IMG/VR virus record: IMGVR_UViG_3300047564_002155
Location: 64,001-128,000 of that record
DNA: 64,000 nt
Source of the DNA: a virus
Strand: one strand, 5' to 3'
In this document: positions 39,295 to 49,622 of the stretch, one piece after another
Position numbering within the stretch: the stretch's first letter is position 1
Layout of the letters: the number at the start of each line of letters is the position of its first letter
The notes under the pieces: model-generated
Seen by the model: the letters and a program-made list of their open reading frames with translations, nothing else
Told to the model about the DNA's origin: nothing
The model's database searches: none
Position numbers and translations under genes: made by a program

Positions 39295-41865
39295 GTGGCG
39301 TTAATAGATTTAAAATCAGACCTTTCAAAGTGGAGAAAGCCCGTGGAAAAACCTCTGGCTGATAGTCCACGCAAAGAAGTCCCAAAATCAACAAATCAAA
39401 CACCACTTTCAGAACTTATAAATGGAGTTCCAACACCACAACGACCTGGCCAAACCGCAACCAAGTCTGGTGTAACTCCTAAAGCATATAATAATACTGA
39501 AAAGTTCAAAGGTGAAACAAAAACAAAACCTTTAGAACAAACTCAAAAGTTTTTAGGCGAAACAACCCCAACACTAGCATCTCAAGTAGAAAAGTTTAAG
39601 GGTGAAACAAGCCCAACGCTTGCATCTCAAGTGGAAAAATTTAAAGGTGAAACTACACCAACTCTTGCATCACAAGTAGAAAGGTTCAAGGGTGAGACTA
39701 CGCCAAAGTTATATGATAATACCGAAGAGTTCAAAGGTGAAACTACTCCAAAGTTGTATGATAATACTGAAGAATTTAAGGGTGAAACTACACCAACTCT
39801 TGTAAATCAAAATGAAAAGTTTAAAGGTGAAACCACACCAAAGCCATTCACGTTCCAAGAGAGATTTTTAGGTGAAACTGACCCAACTCGTGTAGAACAG
39901 GGTGATAAAGATAAAGGTGAGACTACACCAAGATTATTTACATCCAATAGGTTGCCTGACCTTGAAGACCAAGCAAAGGACTTTGGGGTGGTTGATTTTT
40001 TTACAAACGATAAAGCGGTTGGATTTACTCCAAAAATAAATACCAACTCAAAATTTGTTGGTGTTAATCCTTCAGGAACTATATTTGATACCACAACTTC
40101 AATTCGCTCCCTAAAAGGTAACCCATCTTTGTATAAGATATCCTTACAACTTGATAATGGGTTGCGCAAGAATTACAATGATAGTGTATTAAAAGACACC
40201 TACAATGGTAAAACTAATAAGTCGGGTGGTAATGCTCACGGATTATTAAAAGAAGATTCATTCAATACTTGGATGAGTAAACAGCCATTCATTGTTACAG
40301 GTATTCAAAATGGTAAGGGTAAAGAATTCAATTATGGATTTGGTGGTTTATCATTTATTCGTGGCGGTGCTGTAACCTCAACCACAAGAGCTGCTCTTGA
40401 TGTTGCAAGAATTTCACAATTCCTATTAACTCCTCGTGGTATTGTTTGGGGATTAAAGCAAGTTGGAATGCAGAGAAGTCAAAGGTGGGGTAAGGTTTGG
40501 ACCCCAGCCAATTTATTGGCTACTATTGGTGGACAACATATTGGATTTAGACCCGATAGACAAGGTGTGTATCCAAGTGATGATAGAGGTAGATATCAAC
40601 CATATTTGACTGATATATATAATACTTTCAAATTAACACCAAATCTTGCTGTTTTACCATTACGAGTTGACCTACGAGGTGGATTTGACTCCGTTTATGG
40701 TATTGGTGTAACTACATATAATAGGCAACATAATACATTTTCCGACCCAAATAGACTGGATAACGATGATAAGGCAAACTTTACACAAAAAATAAACCCA
40801 TTTGATGTCAAGTTTCTTCCTACATTTGATTCATATGAAAGAAATTTATCAGAAAATGGTAATCTTGTATCTCAAACCGAAGAACAATCACCAATTCCAA
40901 TTGATGTTAAAAACGAAACAAAAACAAATCTATTAAAGTCGGATGGATTTTATGGTACTCAACCGGATGTTGCTGATTATGAGTTTTTGTCGTATGGTAA
41001 GATTAAGAAAAGAGCTGAAGGTTTTGCAACAACATCACCTACCGATTTTAGAAGTTTGTATGATAAAGGAAACAAAAAAGCACTTTCACAAGACACCGAT
41101 TATGTAAGCGAAAATATTCATTCCATCTATCGTGTACCAAATCCATTGGCTGAAAAAAATCCAAAATATTTGAGTGGTAAAGATTCTACAAAGACATTTT
41201 CCGGTGATACTTCTATTGACCCATTAAACAATACCATATTTAATCAAAGTGGTAGAGTAAATTCTGACCTTGTAACTCTATTCTTTGCATACGATAATAG
41301 AAGTGGAGCTCAAGATAGTTCAAAAATACTTCAGTTCCGTTCAACCATTTCCGGTCTTACTGAAACCTATTCACCATCATATAATCCAATTAAATATCCA
41401 GGTCGTGCTGACCAAGGGTATATGTATGAGTCTTTTGAACGAACACTTACATTCAACTTTAAGGTTTATGCTAACTCACGAAGAGAAATGAAAAATATGT
41501 GGTTAAAAGTGCAAGAACTTGCAAAATTAACCCTACCTGATTATTCAGGTGGACCATACTCCGGACAATTGGTATTTTTCAGATTAGGTGACCTTTGGGG
41601 ACAAGGTGCAAGTGGTATTCCTTCAATTATTACCGCATTGACTTATACTTATAACGATGACCATCCGTGGGATGTAAACTATGATGGTCAATTAGGCGAA
41701 CTTCCAATGGGATTGGATGTAAATATTAGTTTAACTTTACTTCCGGGAACTGCTGCTGGTGGTAGAAGATATGATGTAAATGGACTTGGATTATATTCAT
41801 TTAGTAGTGAATTTGGTTCAACTCCATCACAAGGTTTATCTAAATCTCTTACACCAATTACTTGA
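39295..41865 (+). CDS. Baseplate/tail tube initiator-like protein with a repeat insertion
   Basis: The C-terminal LTETYSPSY...YPGRAD..YMYESFERTLTFNF motif is tube-initiator-like, and the synteny fits. Confidence 0.6.
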   Translation: MALIDLKSDLSKWRKPVEKPLADSPRKEVPKSTNQTPLSELINGVPTPQRPGQTATKSGVTPKAYNNTEKFKGETKTKPLEQTQKFLGETTPTLASQVEKFKGETSPTLASQVEKFKGETTPTLASQVERFKGETTPKLYDNTEEFKGETTPKLYDNTEEFKGETTPTLVNQNEKFKGETTPKPFTFQERFLGETDPTRVEQGDKDKGETTPRLFTSNRLPDLEDQAKDFGVVDFFTNDKAVGFTPKINTNSKFVGVNPSGTIFDTTTSIRSLKGNPSLYKISLQLDNGLRKNYNDSVLKDTYNGKTNKSGGNAHGLLKEDSFNTWMSKQPFIVTGIQNGKGKEFNYGFGGLSFIRGGAVTSTTRAALDVARISQFLLTPRGIVWGLKQVGMQRSQRWGKVWTPANLLATIGGQHIGFRPDRQGVYPSDDRGRYQPYLTDIYNTFKLTPNLAVLPLRVDLRGGFDSVYGIGVTTYNRQHNTFSDPNRLDNDDKANFTQKINPFDVKFLPTFDSYERNLSENGNLVSQTEEQSPIPIDVKNETKTNLLKSDGFYGTQPDVADYEFLSYGKIKKRAEGFATTSPTDFRSLYDKGNKKALSQDTDYVSENIHSIYRVPNPLAEKNPKYLSGKDSTKTFSGDTSIDPLNNTIFNQSGRVNSDLVTLFFAYDNRSGAQDSSKILQFRSTISGLTETYSPSYNPIKYPGRADQGYMYESFERTLTFNFKVYANSRREMKNMWLKVQELAKLTLPDYSGGPYSGQLVFFRLGDLWGQGASGIPSIITALTYTYNDDHPWDVNYDGQLGELPMGLDVNISLTLLPGTAAGGRRYDVNGLGLYSFSSEFGSTPSQGLSKSLTPIT
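39499..39930 (+). repeat. 45-bp tandem repeat x10 (EKFKGETTPTLASQV-like)
   Basis: GET codons recur at 39511, 39556, 39601 and so on to 39916. Confidence 0.88.
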
Positions 41866-41867
41866 TT

Positions 41868-42167
41868 ATGGAACGATATACTGACATAGAAATTAGAAAA
41901 ACCTCAACAGGTAGAAGGTTTCGTAGGACTGTTCAATATCCTGTGATTGAACCATCATTTGAGGATACATACATCATTGGTATGGAATCGGACCGATTGG
42001 ATAATTTAGCTTGGAAATATTACAAAGATACATCCCTTTGGTGGATTATTGCAAGAGCAAATGGAATTGGTAAGGGTGACTTATCAGTTCCAGTTGGTTC
42101 CCAAATTCGTATTCCTGCAAATCCTTTGGATATCGTAACTAAATTTAACGAACTAAATAGTATATAA
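41868..42167 (+). CDS. LysM-like baseplate wedge protein (gp53-like)
   Basis: DRLDNLAWKYYKDTSLWWIIARAN...GSQIRIP. Confidence 0.8.
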   Translation: MERYTDIEIRKTSTGRRFRRTVQYPVIEPSFEDTYIIGMESDRLDNLAWKYYKDTSLWWIIARANGIGKGDLSVPVGSQIRIPANPLDIVTKFNELNSI

Positions 42168-42171
42168 AATT

Positions 42172-43944
42172 ATGGGAATTTTAACTCCTGGTGGTTTTGG
42201 AGCGGCCGGAACTCTGGCTGCAAGAGAAGGTTGGATTGCGGGTAATTCCGTTTCAGCTCGTGCTTTAGAGTGGTTACACCAACGAAGGGCATATGGTTCG
42301 GTTAGTTTTACAGGAGCTAATGATGGTTTTACTTGTAAAGCTAAAGCATATACTTTAACATTTGGAACGGGTGATGAAGCTGCTTTAAAAAGAGCCGGTA
42401 GATATGTTCCAAGACCACACTTAACTTCAATCACAACAAAAAACCAAGGTAGCGGTGATATTTCAGACATTGCTATGTGGGATATTTCATTTGAGTATGT
42501 AGTGTATTCAAGTGGTGACTTTAACGCAGCTACTGCTGCTTTTATGATTCCTGGCAACTTTGTAAATGTTAAATTTGGATGGACTAATGGGTTTGGTGAA
42601 GTTTCAATCAATGAAGCTGCCATTTATAACTTCGGGTGGACTTATAATTTAGATGGGTCTTGGACTTGTAATGCAAGTGCTTTGGCTAAAACGGCCATTG
42701 CAGGCGGTTTTATTATCAAACCATCAGCACAAGCACAAACTTCAAAAGACTCTGAAGGTGCTGAAACAAAGTATTACGGAGTAGGTGCAAAATTACAAGC
42801 AAAATGTGATGAAGCTTTGGGTTTGGGTAGAGATGAAAATGGTGCGGTGACGAATGATGGATTGGAAGAAGGTCAAGCACGAGCATCCGGTACTTATGGT
42901 GTAATTAAATTACAAAAAGAAGCTGGTGCTATGGATATGCTACTTTCGTTTGGTAGTGCAAACGAATTAGTTGTTTCATTTGTTCAACTAAAGTTATTGG
43001 TTTCTTTTTTAAACTCAACATCAATGGGTGATGCTGGAAAAATTGTATCAAACGAAGCAACCTTTTTAAACAATTATCTTTTAAAATCAGCCGACCCTGG
43101 AAAAATTCTAATGCCAGGTATTGGTGCTAATTATAAACAAACAGGTGGAACTGTAAATGATTTTAGTGCTATTGGTGGAACTTTTGGTAAAGTGGAAGAT
43201 ATTTGGATTTCAACAGGTTTAATAATTGAAGTTGAAAATAAATTATTAGAGCGTAAAAAAGAAGGTGAAGAGGCTTCTTATACAGTTCACCAATTTATGA
43301 GTCAAATATTAAAAGAGATAGAAACCGAAACGGGTTCCGTTGTGAACTGTTATTTACAATCAGACCCACAATCAAGTGGTATTAAAACCTACACCATAGT
43401 AAACCGACATAATGATATTGGTGGTGGAACTGGAGTTGGATACACATTCAAAACCCTTACACCAAATTCTATTATAAAAGGAATTAGTATGTCATCAAAC
43501 TTGGACGCTGAGATGTCTGCGATTGCATACACCGGCGGTGGTGGTAAGTATCCAAGTAATGCAATTAAGAATGTTTTTAATTGTACTCCAAAAAATCCAA
43601 ATGGTGCTGCTGGTGCTTTAGACAATACTAACCAAGCACTCAAAGAAAAAATTACGCAAATGGGTAATAACTATAACTCAAATGAAGTTTCTGATTTTAG
43701 AAAGGTTTTAAGAAAACACTTTATGAGTAAATTATTTCCATCTGCAAAAAGTATTCCATACGCAATTAACTTGAGCGTAACTTTTGATGGAGTAGATGGT
43801 ATTCAGTTTTTTAACACATTTACGGTAGATAATCTGCCAGGTGGTTTTGGTGATGTGTTTTTTGCAGTAGGTGAGATTGAGCATTCGGTTTCAAGTGGTA
43901 ATTGGGACACGACTATTGTTGGTTATATGATGATTAACACATAA
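42172..43944 (+). CDS. Putative baseplate hub protein
   Basis: FGW motif, C-terminal IEHSVSSGNWDTTI, and synteny after the LysM protein. Confidence 0.55.
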   Translation: MGILTPGGFGAAGTLAAREGWIAGNSVSARALEWLHQRRAYGSVSFTGANDGFTCKAKAYTLTFGTGDEAALKRAGRYVPRPHLTSITTKNQGSGDISDIAMWDISFEYVVYSSGDFNAATAAFMIPGNFVNVKFGWTNGFGEVSINEAAIYNFGWTYNLDGSWTCNASALAKTAIAGGFIIKPSAQAQTSKDSEGAETKYYGVGAKLQAKCDEALGLGRDENGAVTNDGLEEGQARASGTYGVIKLQKEAGAMDMLLSFGSANELVVSFVQLKLLVSFLNSTSMGDAGKIVSNEATFLNNYLLKSADPGKILMPGIGANYKQTGGTVNDFSAIGGTFGKVEDIWISTGLIIEVENKLLERKKEGEEASYTVHQFMSQILKEIETETGSVVNCYLQSDPQSSGIKTYTIVNRHNDIGGGTGVGYTFKTLTPNSIIKGISMSSNLDAEMSAIAYTGGGGKYPSNAIKNVFNCTPKNPNGAAGALDNTNQALKEKITQMGNNYNSNEVSDFRKVLRKHFMSKLFPSAKSIPYAINLSVTFDGVDGIQFFNTFTVDNLPGGFGDVFFAVGEIEHSVSSGNWDTTIVGYMMINT

Positions 43945-43945
43945 G

Positions 43946-44515
43946 ATGAGTAGACAAAGAATATATTACCCAGAAGGAAAAATCCAAAAAGGATTATACA
44001 CCATCGGAAAACAATGGATGACCGAAGATGGTAAAGAGTATATTGGTGGGTATCATACCTACACCACCGGTGAAGTTTTTACTCAAGCATCTTATATCAA
44101 AGATGTATCAAAAAAACTCATACCATACAAAGATGTAAGTCAACAATCAGTAAAAGAAGTATTTGATTATGACGCTTTGCCAAAAAAGTCAAATCTAGCA
44201 GAACACTTTTTTCCAACTTACTCAAAAGCAACTCCAATTGAAAGTGATTACCTAAAAGGATTTGTAAAACGATACTATGTTAGAAGTATGTTGAATGGTA
44301 TCATTATGGAAACTTCTATAAGAGATTATAGTAAAGTTAGACCGGAAGTATTTGAAAAAACAACAATCACTTGGAAAATAACAGGTCCAATTAATGACTC
44401 CGGCTCCGAGCCCGGAATTGAAGACACGAACCGAAGATTGGTAAATTTGGCTGAAAGAGAAGTCAAAGGGATAACAAACTACATAACAAACTTTACCGAG
44501 TTCAGAAAGATTTAA
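43946..44515 (+). CDS. Hypothetical (baseplate-associated) protein
   Basis: Coupled ORF at the end of the structural block. Confidence 0.55.
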   Translation: MSRQRIYYPEGKIQKGLYTIGKQWMTEDGKEYIGGYHTYTTGEVFTQASYIKDVSKKLIPYKDVSQQSVKEVFDYDALPKKSNLAEHFFPTYSKATPIESDYLKGFVKRYYVRSMLNGIIMETSIRDYSKVRPEVFEKTTITWKITGPINDSGSEPGIEDTNRRLVNLAEREVKGITNYITNFTEFRKI

Positions 44516-44535
44516 CAATTTGATAACATTGAGGG

Positions 44536-44566
44536 CTTGTCAGTTCAAATAGTTTTCGTATCTTTG
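44536..44566 (+). promoter_or_regulatory. Bacteroidota sigma70-type promoter (-33/-7)
   Basis: CTTG-N19-TATCTTTG. Confidence 0.75.
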
Positions 44567-44585
44567 TTAAGTAAGTGATAAACAA

Positions 44586-44867
44586 ATGAAAACTATGAAT
44601 TACGCTGAACTGACCAAGATGTCTCTTGAAGACCTCCGTATGTTGAACAATCGTGTGGTTGAAGTCATCAAGATGAAACGCAAAGAATCTTCTTTGGAAA
44701 AGAAGTTTGAACTCCAAGTTGGAATGCAGGTAAAGGTCAACCACCCTAAACTGATGGGTATGAAGTTGGTAGTTAATGAAATTCGCCGAACCAAGGCGTC
44801 TCTTCGGGTGTTGGATGGTTTTGCTAGTTACAGCGTCCCCATCAATATGATTGAAGTTGTAAAATAA
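44586..44867 (+). CDS. Hypothetical early protein
   Basis: ORF directly after a host-type promoter. Confidence 0.65.
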   Translation: MKTMNYAELTKMSLEDLRMLNNRVVEVIKMKRKESSLEKKFELQVGMQVKVNHPKLMGMKLVVNEIRRTKASLRVLDGFASYSVPINMIEVVK

Positions 44868-44873
44868 TTAGAT

Positions 44874-45092
44874 ATGGCTATTGTAAATAAACCCAAAACA
44901 CGAGGTATTGAGATTGACCTCACAGGTCCTCAAGGTAACGCATTCTTCCTTCTTGGAACCGCAAGTAATCTTGCTAAACAATTAGATTTGGATGGTAAAA
45001 AGATTGTAGAAGAAATGAAGAGTGGTAACTACGAAAACCTCCTTCAAGTCTTTGACCGACACTTTGGTTCATTCGTAACCCTTTACCGATAA
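44874..45092 (+). CDS. Hypothetical phage protein
   Basis: IDLTGPQGNAFFLLG...SGNYENLL; coupled ORF. Confidence 0.65.
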   Translation: MAIVNKPKTRGIEIDLTGPQGNAFFLLGTASNLAKQLDLDGKKIVEEMKSGNYENLLQVFDRHFGSFVTLYR

Positions 45093-45093
45093 T

Positions 45094-45456
45094 ATGGAAC
45101 TATCAGAACTTCAAGGTAAAATTGTTAAGGTGGTCGTGCCTGTTAAAGGTAAGTTGTTCTCAATGAATTTGAAAGTATGTCGTGTTAAAGCACGTTCAGT
45201 TCTATTCATTGAAGTAATTAAGCCAGAACGAAAGAACATATTTCGTAAAGCATCTATGAAAATGTTAGATTCGTTTAATGAATCAACAATCACATTCAAA
45301 GATAGCACTTTGCTTGATAAATGGGAATCTTCTTGGGATTCTATTGGTCAACTCACACCATCATACTCTCGCCAAGTTTTTAGTAAGCACTCAAGGGGGT
45401 GGGCGCCAAGACTACCATCAACAACAAACTCATCTGCTGGGTTTCCAATGGTTTAA
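45094..45456 (+). CDS. Hypothetical protein
   Basis: Coupled ORF. Confidence 0.55.
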   Translation: MELSELQGKIVKVVVPVKGKLFSMNLKVCRVKARSVLFIEVIKPERKNIFRKASMKMLDSFNESTITFKDSTLLDKWESSWDSIGQLTPSYSRQVFSKHSRGWAPRLPSTTNSSAGFPMV

Positions 45457-45488
45457 TTTGGTGATATCAAAATAATTTCGTATATTTG
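45457..45488 (+). promoter_or_regulatory. Bacteroidota sigma70-type promoter
   Basis: TTTG-N20-TATATTTG. Confidence 0.8.
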
Positions 45489-45492
45489 TAGT

Positions 45493-46716
45493 GTGAAAAT
45501 AGTAGACACGCAGGAAGAATTACATAAACATCTCTCTCAACTTTCCGAGAAGGTCGTGGTGTTCCCCATTCTATCAAGTTTGGAGAAACACCCACGGCTT
45601 TCTCGTATATCTGCTATTTTGATTTCTGATGGTGAATTGGATTTGTTTGTAAACTACCACAATATAGAAGCGTCTACAATTTCAGAAAAGATTGACTTTA
45701 ACCCATTCAAAGAGGTATGCGTAGTGGGTTTAAAAGACTTTCTACACCATTACGAGTTCTTACCTAATATGTACGACCTTGAGATGTCGTTATTCCATCA
45801 GGCGTCAAATTTTGAGGTAGATGAGAAACCAATCTATACGGTATTTCGTAGGAGAAAAGCTCCAAGAGGAAACGACCTTATCCCCATTTGGAAACACTAC
45901 GAACAATTTCAAGATTGGAAAAACTTGTGGTCTCAAAATGCGACCTCAAGTAAGTTTGCACAATTATATGTAAAAACATTAGTAAACCTGGAAAAATCAG
46001 GTCTTTATACGGATTCACATATAACGGAATATACACAATACAACACATTGACCACAACTTCAAGACCATCCAATACATTTGGTGGGGTCAACTATGCGGC
46101 TCTACCAAAAGATGGTGATGTTCGTAAGAGGTTCATATCACGATTTGAGGGGGGTAAATTGTATCAACTTGACTTTGATGGATACCACCCACGACTGATT
46201 GGTAAACTGATTGGGGTAGACATTCCATTGGATATAAAAGCACACCAATGGTTGGCTGACCAATATGGGGCAGATATCAAAGACGCAAAAGCTATTACCT
46301 TCCGGCAATTATATGGTGGGGTCCAAGATGAATACAAACATATTCCGTTTTTTAGTAAAACCGCAGAGTATATTGAGACCCTATGGCGTCAGTTTTTGGT
46401 AGATAGGGTAGTTTATACACCAATATTCAAACGAAAGATAGTTTTTTCTGATGATTTAAACAAAAATAAACTATTTAACTACATTCTGCAGTCCGTTGAG
46501 ACTGAAAGGAATATAATTATACTTGATAAATTGTCTAAACTAAAACCCCAGCACTCTTTACCAATACTTTACACATACGACTCAATTTTATTTGATATCC
46601 ACAAAGATGATATAAATTATATTAGTGAAGTAAAATCCATAATGGAAAATGATGGATTCCCTGTTGGTGTTGAAGTAGGTGACAACTATAAAGAAATGGT
46701 TACAACACATATTTGA
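45493..46716 (+). CDS. Compact family A DNA polymerase-like protein
   Basis: Motif A LDFDGYHPRL, motif B AKAITFRQLYGG, motif C YTYDSILFD, and T.TSRPS upstream. Confidence 0.8.
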   Translation: MKIVDTQEELHKHLSQLSEKVVVFPILSSLEKHPRLSRISAILISDGELDLFVNYHNIEASTISEKIDFNPFKEVCVVGLKDFLHHYEFLPNMYDLEMSLFHQASNFEVDEKPIYTVFRRRKAPRGNDLIPIWKHYEQFQDWKNLWSQNATSSKFAQLYVKTLVNLEKSGLYTDSHITEYTQYNTLTTTSRPSNTFGGVNYAALPKDGDVRKRFISRFEGGKLYQLDFDGYHPRLIGKLIGVDIPLDIKAHQWLADQYGADIKDAKAITFRQLYGGVQDEYKHIPFFSKTAEYIETLWRQFLVDRVVYTPIFKRKIVFSDDLNKNKLFNYILQSVETERNIIILDKLSKLKPQHSLPILYTYDSILFDIHKDDINYISEVKSIMENDGFPVGVEVGDNYKEMVTTHI

Positions 46717-46727
46717 TATTTATACTT

Positions 46728-48353
46728 ATGAAGAAACTCATTGAACGTATTTCCAAAAAATGGTGGAATGAAGTCGGATACGAACTTTACAACAATCCTT
46801 TAAGCGAAAGGTCTGTTGCGGGATTGTATTCAGTTCTATTAGAAGAGTTTGATGAGAAGAGAGCCAAAGAGTTAGTATTGGCTATTTTAGAGGGTGGAAG
46901 TCCAATCCCACCTAAAAAAGAAGAAGACCCTACTGAAAAGGAACTTGACCAATACGATATGTTAACTCAAGCCGAAAAAGATGAGTTAAAGAAAAAAGAA
47001 AAAGACCTTGATGAGGATAGTTGGGTAAAGAATAAAAAGTCGGGTAATGTCTACACGGTTAAAAAACCAAATCCCGAAACCCACGTTACACCAAGTAAGG
47101 GTGAAATTGAAAAGGCCGAAAAAGAAAAGCAAGATAAGCCAGAAGGTGAAGTAAAACCATTCTCATCAGCTACCGCAAAATCGGAACAAGCTAAATTAGC
47201 TAAAATTGATGAACTATTGGCTGGTCAAGATGATAATACTTTACAAAGAGCTGAAGTTCTAAAACAAAATTGGGACCAATTTGTAAATGCAAAAACTCGT
47301 GAAGAACGAGTTCAAGCGGTTCGTGAATTAGCTGACAATAACTTGATTGAAGGTCACGCTGGTGGTAAGAAAATCTATCTATCACCAAACTCAGCCCTAC
47401 CATACAAACACCTAACAGGTGCAAGTGGAACTTCGGTTAGTGAAGAAATGAACAAAATTATCCAAGAAGAGGGTATTGATGTTCCTATGAGGGGTGGTGC
47501 AAAAGACCGAGCGTTGGCTGATATGAGTGGTAAACACAATGAAGCTGGGGTGGTTGCATATCTATTCCCTTCAGATGAAAATAAAAAGGCATATCAATCT
47601 ACTCAAAACACATTGAAAGAATTGGGTGGTGATGAAGCCAAGTTTGACGCAATCAATAAAAAGGCAGCCGAGGTAATGAAATCATCTTTACCGGAGGGCT
47701 CACAAATTACAGGCGCTCAACAAGTCGGTGGTGTTGGTAAAAACGCATTGGCTCAATTAGGTATTGACCCTAAAGTTGACCCAACGGATTTGATTATTCA
47801 GTATAAAGATAAAGATGGAAACGACCAAATTATGAAAGTTTCTGCAAAAACCTATACTGACCCCAAAAATATCACAATGAAGAATTCTGGTGTTAATAAC
47901 GCAGGTGCTACTTATTTGGGTGATATTGGTAAAGACCTTGATGCAAAAGTTGGTGAGTTAAGAAAGAAATATGCTTGGAACGATTCTATGTCTGACCAAG
48001 AAAAAGCTGACCAAAAGAAAAATTTAAAGCAAGCATACCTTGGTGAGTTTTCTTCTAAAATGGAAGAATTGTCTAAAACCAGAGAAGGTCAACAAAAATT
48101 GACTGATATGTGGAAAGATGTTCACGGGTGTGGTAAAAATGTTCACACCCAAGTAATCAACAAAAAAACAGGTGATGTTCAAATGAAGTCGCCCGACCAT
48201 TATTGTAATCCAACTCCACCATTTGGAGTAAAATTTGATGGTGTTAAACTTGTAATCAATATGGGTGGTAAAGATGACTCATTCCTACAAGTAGATATGA
48301 AGACCGAGGATAAGGGCTCGCCCAAGATACTATTTAGACATAGAACAAAATAA
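46728..48353 (+). CDS. Hypothetical protein, possible PD-(D/E)xK nuclease
   Basis: KHNE...DPTDLII...KVSAKT. TATTTATA late motif at about 46717. Confidence 0.45.
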   Translation: MKKLIERISKKWWNEVGYELYNNPLSERSVAGLYSVLLEEFDEKRAKELVLAILEGGSPIPPKKEEDPTEKELDQYDMLTQAEKDELKKKEKDLDEDSWVKNKKSGNVYTVKKPNPETHVTPSKGEIEKAEKEKQDKPEGEVKPFSSATAKSEQAKLAKIDELLAGQDDNTLQRAEVLKQNWDQFVNAKTREERVQAVRELADNNLIEGHAGGKKIYLSPNSALPYKHLTGASGTSVSEEMNKIIQEEGIDVPMRGGAKDRALADMSGKHNEAGVVAYLFPSDENKKAYQSTQNTLKELGGDEAKFDAINKKAAEVMKSSLPEGSQITGAQQVGGVGKNALAQLGIDPKVDPTDLIIQYKDKDGNDQIMKVSAKTYTDPKNITMKNSGVNNAGATYLGDIGKDLDAKVGELRKKYAWNDSMSDQEKADQKKNLKQAYLGEFSSKMEELSKTREGQQKLTDMWKDVHGCGKNVHTQVINKKTGDVQMKSPDHYCNPTPPFGVKFDGVKLVINMGGKDDSFLQVDMKTEDKGSPKILFRHRTK

Positions 48354-48367
48354 TTACGGAGAGATGA

Positions 48368-48757
48368 GTGAGAACCCAATTGTTATGTACCTTCACAAAC
48401 GAAGAATCATTTGAAAATATTGTAGACACTATTCTGAAAACCTATGAGTTATTCAGCAGAAAAATCTTTATCCTAAAATTAGAACCATCAAAAGAATTGG
48501 TAATTAGCTACAATATTATTCCAGCAACCGAAAACTCGTTCTTACCAAATACTATAATGGTTCACCGAAAAAAAGAGTCAAATACAATGTATACCATCAA
48601 TGCGTTAAATAGACTAATTTCAGACCTAAACAAAGGTGTGGTAGATAAGTCTTTTCAAGTTGATTGGGATATTTATAGAAACAGTGTGATACTCACCAAT
48701 GGTGATTCATACAAGGTTTTGAAAACAAGTTTGTTTCGCATCGTAGATGTAAAATAA
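48368..48757 (+). CDS. Hypothetical protein
   Basis: GTG start with GGAG; contains HRKKESNTMYTINALN. Confidence 0.6.
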   Translation: MRTQLLCTFTNEESFENIVDTILKTYELFSRKIFILKLEPSKELVISYNIIPATENSFLPNTIMVHRKKESNTMYTINALNRLISDLNKGVVDKSFQVDWDIYRNSVILTNGDSYKVLKTSLFRIVDVK

Positions 48758-48780
48758 AAAATAAAAAATATTGGAATACA

Positions 48781-48812
48781 TTTGGAATTGTCAGCCAAAT
48801 GTTGTATATTAG
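48781..48812 (+). promoter_or_regulatory. Bacteroidota-type promoter variant
   Basis: TTTG-N20-TATATTAG. Confidence 0.65.
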
Positions 48813-48851
48813 TGACAAGTTAATGTTTAACAATTAAAAAATGGTACAATT

Positions 48852-49619
48852 ATGGCTATTGATTTAAACGCAATCCGCAACCGTCTGAATTCTCTTCAGA
48901 CAAAAGTCCAAAAAACGGACAACCTTTGGAAGCCGACTCCCGGCAAACAACAAGTACGAATCCTTCCGTACATCCACAACCCCAATAACCCTTTTATTGA
49001 ACTTTACTTCCACTTTGATTTGGGTGGTAAGAATGTCATCTCTCCGATGTCGTTTGGTGAGGCTGACCCTATTGTAGAGTTTGCTGAAAAGTTGAAGGCA
49101 ACTGGCAATCGTGAGGATTGGAACCTTGCAAAACAACTCACCCCCAAGATGCGAACTTATGTTCCGGTATTGGTTCGTGGTGAAGAGTCTGAAGGTGTTA
49201 AGTTTTGGGGATTTGGTAAGCAAGTTTACCAAGAACTTCTTGGTTTCTTCGCTGACCCTGACTATGGTGATTTGACCGACCCTGTGAATGGTCGTGATGT
49301 TACGGTAGATTTCAAAACCGCAGCTGAAGTTGGTAAGTCTTACCCTGAAACTTCAATCCGTGTTAAACCAAACACAACCCCTATTTCGGAAGATAAGAAC
49401 ATCTTGGAATTGGCAAAAGACCAAATTGATTTGTCAACTATGTTCAAGCGTGTATCTTACGATGAAATGGAGTCTATGCTCCAACAATGGTTGGAAACTG
49501 GTAAAGTAGAAGATGGTCAAGCTGAAACTGCTGATGTTTCACAACCATCAACTCCGGCTCAAACAACCTCTAAAGCTTCTAATGTTAAAGAAGCGTTTGA
49601 TGACCTTTTCAACGACTAA
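48852..49619 (+). CDS. Single-stranded DNA-binding protein (gp32-like)
   Basis: VRILP, GVKFWGFGK and DLTDPVNGRD motifs with an acidic tail (FDDLFND). Confidence 0.85.
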   Translation: MAIDLNAIRNRLNSLQTKVQKTDNLWKPTPGKQQVRILPYIHNPNNPFIELYFHFDLGGKNVISPMSFGEADPIVEFAEKLKATGNREDWNLAKQLTPKMRTYVPVLVRGEESEGVKFWGFGKQVYQELLGFFADPDYGDLTDPVNGRDVTVDFKTAAEVGKSYPETSIRVKPNTTPISEDKNILELAKDQIDLSTMFKRVSYDEMESMLQQWLETGKVEDGQAETADVSQPSTPAQTTSKASNVKEAFDDLFND

Positions 49620-49622
49620 TTT

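Noticed and set aside
39499-39930. Regularly spaced repeats resembling a CRISPR array
   Set aside because: They are in-frame coding repeats with synonymous variation and no unique spacers, and no cas genes are present.
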